Positions 18,849 through 28,737 of a stretch of DNA of 54,581 nucleotides are shown piece by piece. The position numbers and the translations under genes were made by a program. Within the stretch, counting starts at the first letter, position 1, and every line of letters starts with the position of its first letter. Source of the stretch: a virus (taxonomy: Duplodnaviria > Caudoviricetes); the IMG/VR virus record IMGVR_UViG_3300001765_000047, positions 1 to 54,581 of that record. One strand, given 5' to 3'. The notes beneath the pieces are model-generated. The model was not told the DNA's origin, did not search any database, and worked only from the letters and a program-made list of their open reading frames with translations.

Positions 18849-20093
18849 TTAAAAATTGCCGCCATCCAATGGGATGGCTAATAAGTCAGCATCAGAAGCA
18901 AACGCGCTGGCGTGCTGGCCGTCAAGCAGGTCTGCATTGAGGTTCGCAACCACTGTCGTTGAGGCTACTGTGAGAGGGGCTGCGCCGGTGGCGACGGTGG
19001 AGATAAGCTGCGTGGCCTGCACAGTGCTGGCTGCTGTTATTTTCCCGGTGTGTGTAGTGTCGGACGCTACGACCTCAAATATGCCGTGGTTGGCTACGTC
19101 AAGGAGAATTCGGTCTTTGTACGCTGCATCTGATACCGGGCTACCCAGTGCAAAGTATGAATGCTCGCCCCCAGACACCATAGAGGTCATTACGGCATCG
19201 CCGGAACGGGTTGCGTGGTATTGGGCATACAGGGTGAGCCTTGCGCCATCATCAATGTCAACATTGCGCCCGCCGTTGATTTGCAAGTAGGTGTTGCCTT
19301 CGCCCGACAGGACATTGTTGCCTTTGACGTAAATATCACCCTCTAAAACGAGGTTTCCGCCTGATGTCAGGCTGATGCGCGGGCTTCCATTTTTGTCATA
19401 AGTGACGAGTTGCCCGTTGCTGTCTAGTTTGATTCGGACGTTGCCCGCCGTGTCTTTGATATCAAGTCCACGGGTATTGATTTTTGCTGCGGTGATTGAG
19501 TTGGTAACGATCAGGTTGCCGTCAATGACCGTTCCGGGGGCCGTCCATGCGCCTGATGCCCAGGTTTTTGTCAGCACGAAGGTGCTGCCGTCCGAGGCGG
19601 TTACTGTGTCGCCTTCAACGGGGATGCCGTCTGGCACAGATGCGCTGGCGGCGGCATCGCTCCAGGTCTGGATGATGACCTGAAATGGCCCTGGAAATTG
19701 AACGACCGGCGTTGACGGGATGTAACGGGTAACAGAGCCGCGTATGCCGGTTTTGGCTTTACTGATAACAAACCGAGATGTCAGGCTGCTGGCCCCCGGT
19801 TTTGATGCCGTCAGATCGACATAACCAGTGTCTTGCGATAAAGCTGTGACTGTGTATGTATTGCCAGAAAGCGAACCAGTAATCCCGCCAGAGGTTGCTG
19901 TTGCCACTGTCCAAAGTGCAGATACGTCGCTGTCGCCAAGATAGACGCTCAGTGTTGTGTCGCACCCCGTGAAGTTACCATTCGCGCCACTGGCATCGGT
20001 GGGCACAACGTGGGATTGATTTGACAGCCTGACGTGCAGGCCGTCATTGGCATCAATGATGGTGACTTGACCAGTGGCGACAAGGCTATGCAT
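18849..20093 (-). CDS. Fibre protein, 414 aa
   Basis: N-terminus ATGQVTIIDANDG..LSNQSHVVPTDASG; IDGNLIVTNSITAAKI; NLNADLLDGQH; C-terminal LDGGNF. Confidence 0.65.
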   Translation of the reverse strand: MHSLVATGQVTIIDANDGLHVRLSNQSHVVPTDASGANGNFTGCDTTLSVYLGDSDVSALWTVATATSGGITGSLSGNTYTVTALSQDTGYVDLTASKPGASSLTSRFVISKAKTGIRGSVTRYIPSTPVVQFPGPFQVIIQTWSDAAASASVPDGIPVEGDTVTASDGSTFVLTKTWASGAWTAPGTVIDGNLIVTNSITAAKINTRGLDIKDTAGNVRIKLDSNGQLVTYDKNGSPRISLTSGGNLVLEGDIYVKGNNVLSGEGNTYLQINGGRNVDIDDGARLTLYAQYHATRSGDAVMTSMVSGGEHSYFALGSPVSDAAYKDRILLDVANHGIFEVVASDTTHTGKITAASTVQATQLISTVATGAAPLTVASTTVVANLNADLLDGQHASAFASDADLLAIPLDGGNF

Positions 20094-20101
20094 TTTTGGT
20101 A

Positions 20102-21574
20102 TTACGGACGATTAGCTTCCACCACGATGTTGCCTTTGACATCAATCTCGTCGCCGGTCACAGTGATAACCCAAGGGGTTACCGCTACAGTGCGAATGCC
20201 TTGCGCAGTGCAGCCGTAGAGCTTGCCACCCACAAAGTCCGTTCCGGCAGACGGAGCCGGGTAGTTGGTAAAAGTCAGCCAGACGTTTGTGCTGGGCGCG
20301 CGAATCGTTACCACGTTGGTAGTGCTTGATGCCACCTCGTAATAGAACGCATCGCCGTTGGCTTTTACGACCTTGACAATATCGCCCGCTGCAAAAGCGT
20401 AGGAGGTGCCCGTGTAATTGATGGTGGCACTGGCCCCGGTGGTATTTGCCGTGACCGGTGCGCCGCCTGCTGTGGCTATTTTGGCGGTGTCAACAAACGC
20501 CGCGCGCTTGCCGTCTTTGTCGTAAAAATAGTAGGTGAAGCTCCAGCCGGTCAGGTTCGTTACCTTGGCTGCTCCGTAGTAAACGGAGGGTGTCAGGGTT
20601 GTGTTCCCTATCCCATTTTGCAGTTTATCGCCAGAACTTGAGGTCATTTTAATGTCGTATTTGTCCGACACGTCATAGATTGTGAAGTATTGGGAGTAGG
20701 TTTTTGCATCCGCTGAATCGGTGATGTCTACCCGGAATACTTCCATACCCACCACTGCGGTCTCGCTGATAACGAGCGTGTTGTGGGCATTGCCCGCACC
20801 AGATGTCGGGATATTGACCCCAAGCTCTCCGACATCCGATGGTGGTACACCAGATGCCACCGTCTTGAGTCCAAACTTTGTGGCGTATCCGGAGTAAGAG
20901 GTGCTGACCTGGGCAGAACCATCGTCGGTGTACCACTTGTAGGACAGATTGGTGGCGTCAACGCCGCTGGAGCGAATGAGGTCGGCTGATATGGCTGTTA
21001 CTGATTTGATGGTTCCGGTTGCCTGTTCAATCGTTTCATTCCCGCGTGTGAGGATGTAAACCGCATTGGTTCCAGTTTTTAGTGTGTTGAGCGTTATTTG
21101 TGCAATGACGTGCGACACCAGCCCGGTCGCCGGATCGGTGTAATCGCCTTCAAAATAGACAACGAAAACAGCGACGGATTCCAGCAAGTTACCATGGATT
21201 TTCATGACAGAGCCTGATCCGTCATGGGTGATGCTGAATGGTGTTGACTGAACCACGCCTGAGTCGTTGACAAACGATGTGTAGGTGCTCGCCGAGGTGA
21301 GCGCGGCACCGCCCAGGGTCAGAGCAAATTTACGGTTGCTCAAGATCGGGGTGATGTCGGTTGAACCGCCCACTGTGCCAACGTGAGACTTTGCTGTCAG
21401 CCAGACCCCGGTGTTGGCGTTTGCGGTGAACCATGACGGGGTGAAGGTGATGGTGTCGTTGTCTTTGCTGTAAATCTGCTGGGTGCCAAGATTAGAGGTC
21501 AAGGACGAGGTGATTGGACGCGCATCATTGGTATCGACAATGGTGATTTGTCCGGTTGAGACAAGAGTAGGCAT
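20102..21574 (-). CDS. Ig-like repeat virion protein, 490 aa
   Basis: N-terminus STGQITIVDTND; repeated Y.W/Y..D..L.(I/V) beta-sandwich patterns. Confidence 0.6.
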   Translation of the reverse strand: MPTLVSTGQITIVDTNDARPITSSLTSNLGTQQIYSKDNDTITFTPSWFTANANTGVWLTAKSHVGTVGGSTDITPILSNRKFALTLGGAALTSASTYTSFVNDSGVVQSTPFSITHDGSGSVMKIHGNLLESVAVFVVYFEGDYTDPATGLVSHVIAQITLNTLKTGTNAVYILTRGNETIEQATGTIKSVTAISADLIRSSGVDATNLSYKWYTDDGSAQVSTSYSGYATKFGLKTVASGVPPSDVGELGVNIPTSGAGNAHNTLVISETAVVGMEVFRVDITDSADAKTYSQYFTIYDVSDKYDIKMTSSSGDKLQNGIGNTTLTPSVYYGAAKVTNLTGWSFTYYFYDKDGKRAAFVDTAKIATAGGAPVTANTTGASATINYTGTSYAFAAGDIVKVVKANGDAFYYEVASSTTNVVTIRAPSTNVWLTFTNYPAPSAGTDFVGGKLYGCTAQGIRTVAVTPWVITVTGDEIDVKGNIVVEANRP

Positions 21575-21586
21575 GATGAACTTTCT

Positions 21587-22372
21587 TTAATTACTGATGA
21601 TGTCGCAGAAAAATGTTGCTTTAGATTCAATATCGTCCACGCTGACAGATATTCGCTTGTACCCTGCGCAATACAAACTATTCCATGATTGATCGTCATA
21701 AGGAGGTTCCCTTTGCGCACTTGAAATCCTGCGCCACCTGAACCACCCTTCCGGTGTTGCGTCAGTAACATCCTCCCCATTGAGAAAAACGCGAGCAATT
21801 AACTGCGTAAAGCGCTGCTCCCCAACACGAAAAGCTGTTCCGTTCGTAGATTCAATAGATGTGATGTACGCGCTACCGGCTGGCCCAGCAACACCCGTCG
21901 GCCCGACTTCACCCGTTAAACCAATAGGGCCAGTCGCCCCTGCTGCCCCTCTCGGCCCGGTGGGGCCAGTAGCGCCAACAAGTCCATTCGGGCCTCTTTG
22001 TCCAGGTGGCCCAATCGGCCCTGGCTGGCCGTTAGCCCCTGCCTCGCCACTAGCACCAGGGGAACCAGGCGGCCCAACCGAGCCAGTCGGCCCCTGTGGC
22101 CCCACCACGCCAGTAACCTCGGCAGTAACCGCCAGGGAATCAACCGAATCATCGGCATAAGCGATTGCGAATGATGATGGGCCACCAACGTCCAGCGTGA
22201 CCAGTGTGGCGCTCAGTGCATCTTCAGAGTTAGCCAGATAGGAGGTTGAGGATTCGCTGCTTAGGGACGCAATGGACGAACCCGCCAGATCACCCATTTC
22301 GACAGCAACAAGAACACTTTCAAAGGTGTTCTCGAATTGCGTAGATGCCGATATTGATTGCTGCGTTGCCAT
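21587..22372 (-). CDS. Collagen-repeat fibre protein with C-terminal Ig-like domain
   Basis: About 26 G-X-Y triplets; C-terminal NGTAFR..L.ARVF.NGEDVTD..FRWRR. Start placed at second Met (22372), matching the promoter spacing. Confidence 0.75.
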   Translation of the reverse strand: MATQQSISASTQFENTFESVLVAVEMGDLAGSSIASLSSESSTSYLANSEDALSATLVTLDVGGPSSFAIAYADDSVDSLAVTAEVTGVVGPQGPTGSVGPPGSPGASGEAGANGQPGPIGPPGQRGPNGLVGATGPTGPRGAAGATGPIGLTGEVGPTGVAGPAGSAYITSIESTNGTAFRVGEQRFTQLIARVFLNGEDVTDATPEGWFRWRRISSAQREPPYDDQSWNSLYCAGYKRISVSVDDIESKATFFCDIISN

Positions 22373-22386
22373 TCCCATATTTGGCA

Positions 22387-22394
22387 GTCACGAC
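22387..22394 (-). promoter_or_regulatory. Putative late promoter GTCGTGAC-TG-CCAAAT-ATGGGA-ATG
   Basis: Intergenic; motif ends 14 nt before in-frame ATG 22372; heads the fibre cluster. Confidence 0.7.
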
Positions 22395-22401
22395 CGGCGA
22401 T

Positions 22402-23130
22402 TTAACTTGGAGAGGATGTCCTTGAATCGCCAACATTCACGCCGCCGTGGGTGTGGGTTGACCCCACATTGACACCGTTGTGGGTCAGACCGCCGCCGTT
22501 GACCGTTAACCCGCCATTGATGGTGGTGGGCGCATTGATGGTCAAGGATGCTGCCGTCACGGTCGCGGTGCCCGTGGTGCTGAGGGTAAAGTCGCCAGCA
22601 GGTGAAATTTGCAATGTGGCCTTGACGCTTCCCGCATTGGCGACCGTGACCGATACCCAAACGGCTTTTGTGGTGTTGCGCGTGATCGCCCACAGCTTGT
22701 CAAAGTCCTGCTCGGACAGGTTTTCATGCGCCGGGCTGGTGGCAATCCGAATGCAGGTACCCGACGGATGTGCCACCTCGATATTGCCGTTGTCATCGAT
22801 GGTCGAGTACACGTCGGATGCGTGCCTGGACACCTTGAAGTTTTTCCGGTCAAAGGCCATCTGGTTGACCTGTGGAGCCATGAAGCCCAGCGCGATGTAG
22901 CCATTGCTGGTGCGCGCCACGATGACGTAAACGTCGCGTGTCGGGCTGCCCGCTTTGTCCCAATCGTTGTCCTCTGGGTGATGCATGTCCACATTGCCAG
23001 ACGAGGTGGTCATGGTGGGGGCCAGCAGCGGCACACCGGTAAGCTGGGAGCCATCGTAGGTCAACTGGATGTCGAGAGAATGGTCGTGCTGGTGGACTTT
23101 GACCACCCGGCCCATGTAGAGATCGCTCAT
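22402..23130 (-). CDS. Baseplate central spike (gpV/gp5-like)
   Basis: N-terminal OB-fold GRVVKV; beta-helix repeats; C-terminal HTHGGV metal-binding apex motif. Confidence 0.85.
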   Translation of the reverse strand: MSDLYMGRVVKVHQHDHSLDIQLTYDGSQLTGVPLLAPTMTTSSGNVDMHHPEDNDWDKAGSPTRDVYVIVARTSNGYIALGFMAPQVNQMAFDRKNFKVSRHASDVYSTIDDNGNIEVAHPSGTCIRIATSPAHENLSEQDFDKLWAITRNTTKAVWVSVTVANAGSVKATLQISPAGDFTLSTTGTATVTAASLTINAPTTINGGLTVNGGGLTHNGVNVGSTHTHGGVNVGDSRTSSPS

Positions 23131-24569
23131 CAGTAAACGCCTTTGCCGTAAAAGTAGCCCGATTGGGCGAGCGTGAAGTTCACAAATCCGGTGCCTCGGA
23201 TAAATTGCAGCGTGCAGGTGTAGCCCCGGAATGGGACAAAGTTATGCACAACGCTGGTGACGTAGCAGGATGATTTGTTGCCATTGCCAAAATCAATCTC
23301 GCAGTACCGGCCAGGCTTGTACTCCGGGCTGCCCTTGCAGTTGATGGAGCCTGACTCAAAGACCACGTTATCGACATTGCAGTCTTGTAGATATTTGATT
23401 TGTTTCAGGATGTACTCAGTGTGGTCAGTACTGCCCTTTTCAAACTCTGCCTTTTTTTGGCCGGGGATGGACTGCGTCAGCAGGCTGCCGTGCTCGGTGG
23501 TCACGTCCATCATCCGAAAGCCGTACAGACTCTCAAGGCTGTTTTGGTAGTCGGTGGTTTTCATCTGCGAGCTATGCTCCGTGAGCATATTTCGAGTGGT
23601 GTCAATGGCTGACAGGTACTCACCCGGCCCAGAGTGAACCATGTAGAAGTTCGCCACGTCGTGCTCAGACCGGCTGCGCTGGATTGCGGTGATTTCCTGC
23701 GGGCTGACCCGGAACGATTCGACAATGCCAGTCGCGTCAGAAATCAGTTCCCCGGCCAGGTTTTTATAGGGCGGCTTGCGGTAGCGCAGCGTTGGCGCGA
23801 TTTTGTCCTCGTCGTCATCGATCAGCAACTCGTAGAACGGCCCCAGGTTGCCGTGCTTTTGCAAGTGGCTCCACATGGTGCCGTCCGGGTTGGCCTGGAT
23901 GCCTTGCGGGAAAACATAGTCGTCGGGGTCGGCACCTTCCAAATTGACCAAGAAGGATGGGAGTGCTGGGTTATCGATTTTCCCGATAAAGTCGTTGATC
24001 GCCCGTGTGGTCAGCGCCGCCACAAAGGTGCCCGCTGGCAGGGTCAGGAAAGGGATGCCGAACATCGTTTCCATATACGTTTTAGCGATTCCGGCCAGCA
24101 GCCCCGCCGTTCCCGTCCCGTGCAGGAAGTTGATGCGGAACATGCGCAGGAAGCAGCCGTAGTCGCCGCCGGTGATGGTGACAATCCGGGACGGCTTACC
24201 GCCTTCACCAATCGATTCGGACTGGCTGGTGTCAGTAACAACGCCGCGAATGACGAGCTGCGGCTCATGGGTTTTTTTGACCGGATCGTATTTGCCGGTC
24301 ATGCGAATCAGGATGACATCCATCGGCTCGACTGCGGTATAGATGGACGTGCCGTAATTCCTGATCAACTGGTCGCCCAACCGGATGGTGAATCCGTTGT
24401 TGGGGCTATTGACCGATTTGTGCGCCGTGACAGAGCTGCCCTCGTTGAGGTAAGGGGTCAGGTCGATGATCGCGTTTTTGGCGTTGACACCAGAAGAATT
24501 CGGGACGTTGATCAGGTTAACCGTCTTGATAAGGATGACGCTGATCTTGGGGGAGTGGACGGGGATCAT
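23130..24569 (-). CDS. Baseplate hub protein (gp27/gpD-like), 479 aa
   Basis: Lies between tape measure and spike; IDLTPYL..F.I.L, ITGGDYG and KPGRY..YVTSV.H.F..TLQFIRG motifs. Confidence 0.7.
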   Translation of the reverse strand: MIPVHSPKISVILIKTVNLINVPNSSGVNAKNAIIDLTPYLNEGSSVTAHKSVNSPNNGFTIRLGDQLIRNYGTSIYTAVEPMDVILIRMTGKYDPVKKTHEPQLVIRGVVTDTSQSESIGEGGKPSRIVTITGGDYGCFLRMFRINFLHGTGTAGLLAGIAKTYMETMFGIPFLTLPAGTFVAALTTRAINDFIGKIDNPALPSFLVNLEGADPDDYVFPQGIQANPDGTMWSHLQKHGNLGPFYELLIDDDEDKIAPTLRYRKPPYKNLAGELISDATGIVESFRVSPQEITAIQRSRSEHDVANFYMVHSGPGEYLSAIDTTRNMLTEHSSQMKTTDYQNSLESLYGFRMMDVTTEHGSLLTQSIPGQKKAEFEKGSTDHTEYILKQIKYLQDCNVDNVVFESGSINCKGSPEYKPGRYCEIDFGNGNKSSCYVTSVVHNFVPFRGYTCTLQFIRGTGFVNFTLAQSGYFYGKGVY

Positions 24570-27500
24570 GCGGCTATCGTCCCAGTGGCCCGCGCGAGGG
24601 CGACACTTCGGTGGTTGACCTGGGAGAACTCCAGGCCGCTGCCCTCGCCGCCGCGCGCGAAGAATTCGCCCGATATTTGCAGCGGTGCGATGGATACGTT
24701 GATCTGCTGCTGTGATTTGGCTTGCTGGTAGTGGCTTTCAGGGAGATTAAGCATTGGGGCGCGCATTGATTCCAAATGATTTTGGGTGCGTTCCTTGATT
24801 GGTGTCGGCACTGGCGCACGGTCTTGGGCACTTAGAAAAGAAGTCGGAATTTTGGTGACAGGCTCAGGCTTTTGAACGGGCACTGGTGCTGGTGCTGGTG
24901 CTGGCACTGGTGCTGGTGCTGGTGCTGGTGCTGGCACTGGCACTGGTGCTGGTGCTGGCACTGGCACTGGTGCTGGTGCTGGTGCTGGTGCTGGCACTGG
25001 TGCTGGTGCTGGTGCTGGTGCTGGAATGGACGCAGCAGCTATCTCTTGTCTGGCGGCTTCGATTTTTGGTCTGTATTCCCTTGTTTCTTGCATTTTGGGC
25101 CATTTTGATGGCGTCCAACCACCATTGAATGCGTCCAATGCTCGATCACCCGTGCCAAATTGTTTAATGTTCTGGAGTAGCACCATTCGCTGCATCGTAA
25201 GGCTATCCATTGGATTTCTGGCATCAAACTTACGCGATGCATCTTTTTCCAGATTTGCCTGGGTACTCGGCAGGATTTGAGCTAGTCCGACTGCCCCTTT
25301 TGGACTAATAGCATTTGGGTTATTCTTACTCTCTACTTCAATCTGTGCTTGCGCTGTACCGTCTTTCCATGTTGGATCAATCTCTTTCATCTGCCTATCA
25401 GTTTCAGAAAGATATTCCAGTATTTCAGGCGTTAGCTCTATGGCACCACCACCCTGCGCAGTCCTGAAAGCCAGCCTCGGGTCACCACCAGCGGTCGTGC
25501 CACGGCCCCCTTGCGTTGTGGACTCAAACGGGACTGAGGTCATTTCGGCTGCCGTTTTGCGCCTGATGCCTGATGTGACCATCGCGGCAGGAGTATCCCC
25601 AGGCTTGGCTGGCCTTGGCTTTTTCTCCACGGGCGGCTCGGCATCTACACTTTTGCGCATCGCATCCAAAGCGCCCGGTAAAAACGAATCTTCCATGCCT
25701 TTCGGCATTGATGCTTTTTTCCCAAGCGCCCGGTACTGATCGGTAGCAATTGCCAGCCTCTCAGGAGAATTTGCATTTGTGTTGCGCATTCGCGCCACAA
25801 AGTCTGCGTTTACATCGCGTCTATCCTCGGCATTCGAGTCGCCATACAGAACCCGATCCATTTTGTCGTTGCGCAACGTTTTGATTTTCTCAAGCTCTAT
25901 CGAGTCAAGCCGCGCCTTTTCAGCCTTGGCAGCCGTTGAATCTGGGGCTATTTTTGTCACCAGTGCAGCCAGAAACGAGTTGGCAAGAATAGATGCTTTC
26001 AATAAATCAACCGTGCCGGTTGCAATACGATCCGTGGCGTTTGCAATGTCAGATGTATTTTTCTCAATCTTCATCCCTGACGTTTGTTCCCGATCCAGGC
26101 CAGCCGCGAACTTGACCAGAGCATCCTGCAAGTCGCTTGCCTTGTTCTTGCCGGTGATTGCGTCCATCGCCTTCAACTGCGCACTTTGATCAGCACTCAA
26201 GTCGCTGCGATTGCCGTACTGGTCGCGCAACATCCGCAACTTGCTGAAGTCGCCTTTGGCAGCGGCAATGTCGGACATGCCGCGATAACCGGTGCCTGAC
26301 AGCTTTTCAGGCTCCAACCCTTGATACTGATCCATCAGGCCGGTTGTTTCCCGGAGCTTGCCCTCGCCCTTCAGGTTGAATAAGGTGGCCCCAGCATTGG
26401 GATTGAGTCCGTATGCCCGATTGAATGCCTGAATCTGAGCGTGTTTTGATGCGCCGCTCTTTTCATAGAACTCGATCATCTTTTCAAGATTTGTCGTCTC
26501 ATCCTGAAAACTGGACAAATCCTTGCCATTGCCGTCTTTGCCGCGCAGGAACCGGTTCAGTTCAAGATCGCGATTACCGAGTGATTTCTTTTCATTCGAG
26601 AAGATGCCGCCAGCCTCCAGCGCCTGCACGCCCAGCAGACCGACCCGATTGCCACCCAGCGCCAGGAATTGCGCGTTGGCACTGGCCTGCCCGGCATGCC
26701 CACCGCCCTGGAATGCGGCATCCATGCGCTTGAGCACGTCGGCCATGTTGGCAACAGTCTGCCCCGGCCCGCCACGGCCAACCATTGCAGACAGCATCCC
26801 GGCAAAGCCCTCGGCATTGGGCGCGGTCATGCTGCGGTTGGCCGTGGACTCGCTAAAACCTTGCACAGCGTGCATCAGGTCGCTGGCGTTGAGCGTTGAA
26901 CCGGTGCGCTTGAGTGCCTCGGCAAACTGGATGGCGAAAACCCTGGCCTCTTTTTTGGTATCGCCAATCGATTTGTCTTTTCGCAAGTTTGCCATGAAGC
27001 CAGAACCCTGCGCCTCATTGACACCAAACGCTTGCGCCAGGCCCACGCCCTCGGATGCCTGGTCAACAGCGTTGACGTTTGTCTTGGCAATTTGGGCAAA
27101 CTCGGTCGTGAGCTTGCGCGACTCGGCATAGGTCAAGTGAAACGCATCGCCAATCTCGCGGCTCTGATCGCGCAACTTGTCAAAGCTGACAGAGGTGCCA
27201 TCCAGCGCCCGCCGGAACTTGTCGATGTCGGTCGCCTCGACCTTGGTGCGGTCAACACCGTCGTTTAGACCGCTTGCAGCTTTGAACAAGCCATAGCCCA
27301 GCAACGCCGCCGCGCCGCCCGCTACCAGGCCACCCATGCCTGCCCCGGCAATCGCGCCGCCAATGCCCCGTCCGGCCAGCCCCTCGGCACCCATGGCACC
27401 AGCCTGGCCCAGCGCAGCACCAGCGCCGCCGCCCAGAGGGGCAAGCTGGCGCGCGCCAAAGCCCAGGACTTTTAGCGCCCTGGAGCCTGGGGAGTCTGGC

Positions 27501-28156
27501 TCTTTTGGATTCCGTGGCTCTCTTGGCTTCCTTGGTGGAGGCGGCTGACCGGAACCGCCACCGCCGCCGCCATGATCCTGTCGGCCCATTAGCTCCGATT
27601 CGGTCAGGCCAATGTTGAATGGAATTTTCCCTGCTGCGCCGTGGTGATTCAACAGGCGCAGCAGGAAACGCTCCATCGCCTGCTGCTGGCCCGTTTGTGT
27701 GGCCGATATACCCGCCAGATTGACCCGCGATGGCGTGCTCGGCTTTGGCCCGCCGCGATGCGCATTGTTGACCTCGTCGCGCATCCGGGACGGCATCTTG
27801 AGCAGTTCCTGCCACAGTTGCAGCATTTCCTGCAACGCAGCCTTGTCGGCTGTCGGGTCAAGCAGGCGCGGAGTCTTTCCAGCCGCTTGCCCCCGGCTTT
27901 TCAAAAAGTCGTTGAGCGATTTGGCAAGGTCTTCAATGTCCTCTGTGGCATCTGCCGCCGTTTTGCCAAGCTCATCAATCGCCTTGTCGGCATCGACCGC
28001 CGCATCAACGACTGCATCAAGACCTTTGCCCAAGTCTTCGGCAGCATCAACGACTGCATCAAGACCTTTGCCCAAGTCTTCGGCAGCATCCGTCGCCCCG
28101 TCCATCGCCGACTGCGCGGCCTTGGCATCGACCTTGATATTCAGTGATTCAGCCAT
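24566..28156 (-). CDS. Tape measure protein with lytic transglycosylase (SLT) domain, 1196 aa
   Basis: Follows the chaperones; Ala/Gly-rich helical body with a hydrophobic glycine-rich segment; SLT motifs [27 protein letters not shown] and ALDAFNGG. Confidence 0.85.
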   Translation of the reverse strand: MAESLNIKVDAKAAQSAMDGATDAAEDLGKGLDAVVDAAEDLGKGLDAVVDAAVDADKAIDELGKTAADATEDIEDLAKSLNDFLKSRGQAAGKTPRLLDPTADKAALQEMLQLWQELLKMPSRMRDEVNNAHRGGPKPSTPSRVNLAGISATQTGQQQAMERFLLRLLNHHGAAGKIPFNIGLTESELMGRQDHGGGGGGSGQPPPPRKPREPRNPKEPDSPGSRALKVLGFGARQLAPLGGGAGAALGQAGAMGAEGLAGRGIGGAIAGAGMGGLVAGGAAALLGYGLFKAASGLNDGVDRTKVEATDIDKFRRALDGTSVSFDKLRDQSREIGDAFHLTYAESRKLTTEFAQIAKTNVNAVDQASEGVGLAQAFGVNEAQGSGFMANLRKDKSIGDTKKEARVFAIQFAEALKRTGSTLNASDLMHAVQGFSESTANRSMTAPNAEGFAGMLSAMVGRGGPGQTVANMADVLKRMDAAFQGGGHAGQASANAQFLALGGNRVGLLGVQALEAGGIFSNEKKSLGNRDLELNRFLRGKDGNGKDLSSFQDETTNLEKMIEFYEKSGASKHAQIQAFNRAYGLNPNAGATLFNLKGEGKLRETTGLMDQYQGLEPEKLSGTGYRGMSDIAAAKGDFSKLRMLRDQYGNRSDLSADQSAQLKAMDAITGKNKASDLQDALVKFAAGLDREQTSGMKIEKNTSDIANATDRIATGTVDLLKASILANSFLAALVTKIAPDSTAAKAEKARLDSIELEKIKTLRNDKMDRVLYGDSNAEDRRDVNADFVARMRNTNANSPERLAIATDQYRALGKKASMPKGMEDSFLPGALDAMRKSVDAEPPVEKKPRPAKPGDTPAAMVTSGIRRKTAAEMTSVPFESTTQGGRGTTAGGDPRLAFRTAQGGGAIELTPEILEYLSETDRQMKEIDPTWKDGTAQAQIEVESKNNPNAISPKGAVGLAQILPSTQANLEKDASRKFDARNPMDSLTMQRMVLLQNIKQFGTGDRALDAFNGGWTPSKWPKMQETREYRPKIEAARQEIAAASIPAPAPAPAPVPAPAPAPAPVPVPAPAPVPVPAPAPAPAPVPAPAPAPVPVQKPEPVTKIPTSFLSAQDRAPVPTPIKERTQNHLESMRAPMLNLPESHYQQAKSQQQINVSIAPLQISGEFFARGGEGSGLEFSQVNHRSVALARATGTIAA
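24875..25024 (-). repeat. 6-bp tandem repeat encoding 25 Pro-Ala/Pro-Val dipeptides
   Basis: (CCAGCA/CCAGTG)n, 150 nt, in frame after the SLT domain. Confidence 0.95.
28002..28090. repeat. Perfect 42-bp tandem duplication in the tape measure 5' end
   Basis: gcatcaacgactgcatcaagacctttgcccaagtcttcggca at 28002 and 28044; encodes [14 protein letters not shown] twice. Confidence 0.95.
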
Positions 28157-28436
28157 GGCTTATGTCCTCAAAATCATCTTCCGGCGGTATGCCCATTTCC
28201 GCATCCATGGCGGCCTGCTCTTGCTCAAAGTCATCGGTATCGCATTCCCATTCATGCTTTGGCGTTTCGTAGTAATAGTGCGTCCAATACTCGGTGAGCA
28301 TCGCCATCTCGGTCATGTCGAGATAGCGATCATCATTCGGGGTCAGGTTGTACTTTTTGCGAAACCAAAAGCGAACCGTGCCCACCGCATCGCGGGCAGC
28401 TTGCTTGGCATCAGTCTCAAGGTTTTGATCGAAAAT
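28149..28436 (-). CDS. Tail assembly chaperone, second (T-like) frame, probably reached by frameshift
   Basis: FWFRKKYNLTPNDDRYLDMT motif; no convincing start of its own; overlaps the first chaperone in the +1 frame. Confidence 0.6.
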   Translation of the reverse strand: MFDQNLETDAKQAARDAVGTVRFWFRKKYNLTPNDDRYLDMTEMAMLTEYWTHYYYETPKHEWECDTDDFEQEQAAMDAEMGIPPEDDFEDISHG

Positions 28437-28737
28437 CAGCCTCCTGCACGCGCAGAGCGTCAAAGACGTTTCTCATTTGCGTGTAGGAAGCATCCTCGTT
28501 GGGGTCGAGTTTCTCAATGTCCCAGCCCGCCGGAGCAGACACCAGGAGCGTTTTGATCGTGGCGTAAAAACGGCCATACCAGTGCAGGAAGTCGGTCGGG
28601 GTCTGAACCCCCTCGGTCAGACGCGAGTATTCAGCCGCCACGGCAAACTCGTCGCGCATGGTGCGCCGCCCGAAGGTGAAGACCCCCAAGCCTTCCACGG
28701 TTACCTGGAAGTCTCCAGGTGCAGCAGTGCGAGCCAT
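28417..28737 (-). CDS. Tail assembly chaperone (G-like), 106 aa
   Basis: Small gene between tube and tape measure; G.FTF.R.T..D, APAGW, and ends ..DFRSKP. Confidence 0.75.
   Translation of the reverse strand: MARTAAPGDFQVTVEGLGVFTFGRRTMRDEFAVAAEYSRLTEGVQTPTDFLHWYGRFYATIKTLLVSAPAGWDIEKLDPNEDASYTQMRNVFDALRVQEADFRSKP

Noticed and set aside
18832-18853. Short GTTAAAGG tandem repeat between fibre genes
   Set aside because: Under three copies of 8 bp; most likely a slippage duplication around a stop codon.
12846-22372. Diversity-generating retroelement or invertible fibre cassette
   Set aside because: No reverse transcriptase, invertase, adenine-variant repeat pair or inverted fibre fragments seen by eye.
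24864-25128. WC-, VL- and ST-repeat ORFs, or a CRISPR-like array
   Set aside because: Alternative frames of the 6-bp Pro-Ala repeat; no spacers and no cas genes.
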